Both the position numbers and the translations under genes were made by a program. Below, piece after piece: positions 63,503 to 64,000 of a DNA stretch of 64,000 nucleotides; position 1 is the stretch's first letter, and each line of letters opens with the position of its first letter. The stretch is from Euprymna scolopes. Lineage: Eukaryota. The stretch lies in the NCBI GenBank assembly GCA_053919585.1, contig CM132804.1. The stretch is one strand, 5' to 3'. The notes beneath the pieces are model-generated. The model was not told the origin of the DNA and ran no database searches. It saw only the letters and a list, made by a program, of their open reading frames with translations.

Positions 63503-63874
63503 TAGCCTGAGTGCATGGCGTTGTCCGGGTGTTTGGAGGTGTGTGTTGAGCAAAAAAAAAAAGTGGTAGTAAGCAGGCAGGCTCAAGAACTTGAAAATAA
63601 AAACAAAAAAAAAAAAGAAAATAGGACGTCTTTGCTGTTGCGTCCATCTCCAAACCGGAAGTGGCGAAGGTTTAAATTAGGGCTAGTCAATCAAAAAGAG
63701 GGGACGGATTTCGAAAATATCGGCGAAAAAAGCTTCAAAGCTTGTGAAAATCGGTTGTCTCTGTCAAAAGTTTTAGGCAGACATACATACATACATACAT
63801 ACATACATACATACATACATACATAATACATACAGACATACATTTAAACAGGCAGGTGAGATTTATATTATAGA
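63502..63874 (-). mobile_element. Non-autonomous Helitron
   Basis: On the minus strand: TC 5' end, (TATG)n, and a CTAG|T 3' end. Homologous to 42040-42265. Confidence 0.6.
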
Positions 63875-64000
63875 TAAAGTTTAGTGTTAGAAGGCCATCA
63901 CATAGTAGGAGAAGGAATGTTGTCGGTGTTGAAGAAGAAAGACAAAAACATGTGATATTATATATATTTATTTATTTCATTAATTTTTTAAAAGCTTACT

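Overview
AT-rich, repeat-dense animal (invertebrate) genomic DNA with many (AT)n/(CA)n/(CT)n microsatellites and nine N-runs. The repeat landscape looks mollusc/cephalopod-like, but that is only a tentative impression. I cannot support any intact host protein-coding gene. Recognisable coding remnants are all transposon-derived: a CR1/Jockey-group LINE family (about 10 copies or 3' tips), a Tx1/L1 LINE, RTE and R4/Dong-like fragments, Gypsy gag/protease remnants, mariners, and two Penelope-like element (PLE) relics (one C-terminal GIY-YIG type, one Naiad-like RT). There are also non-autonomous Helitrons, MITEs, a 5S rRNA-derived copy and a tRNA-SINE. The main signal is about 15 type-I hammerhead ribozyme (HHR) motifs, intact or decayed, from at least 7 unrelated short non-coding families. 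At least 5 of these families place a tRNA-derived Pol III promoter (A/B box) upstream of the ribozyme. Each family has its own palindromic stem III, and copies often occur as PLE-style head-to-head inversions next to (AT)n tracts. I infer a community of tRNA-headed, ribozyme-bearing non-autonomous retroelements that probably depend on Penelope-like RTs. All structures were folded by eye, and coordinates of decayed elements are approximate.
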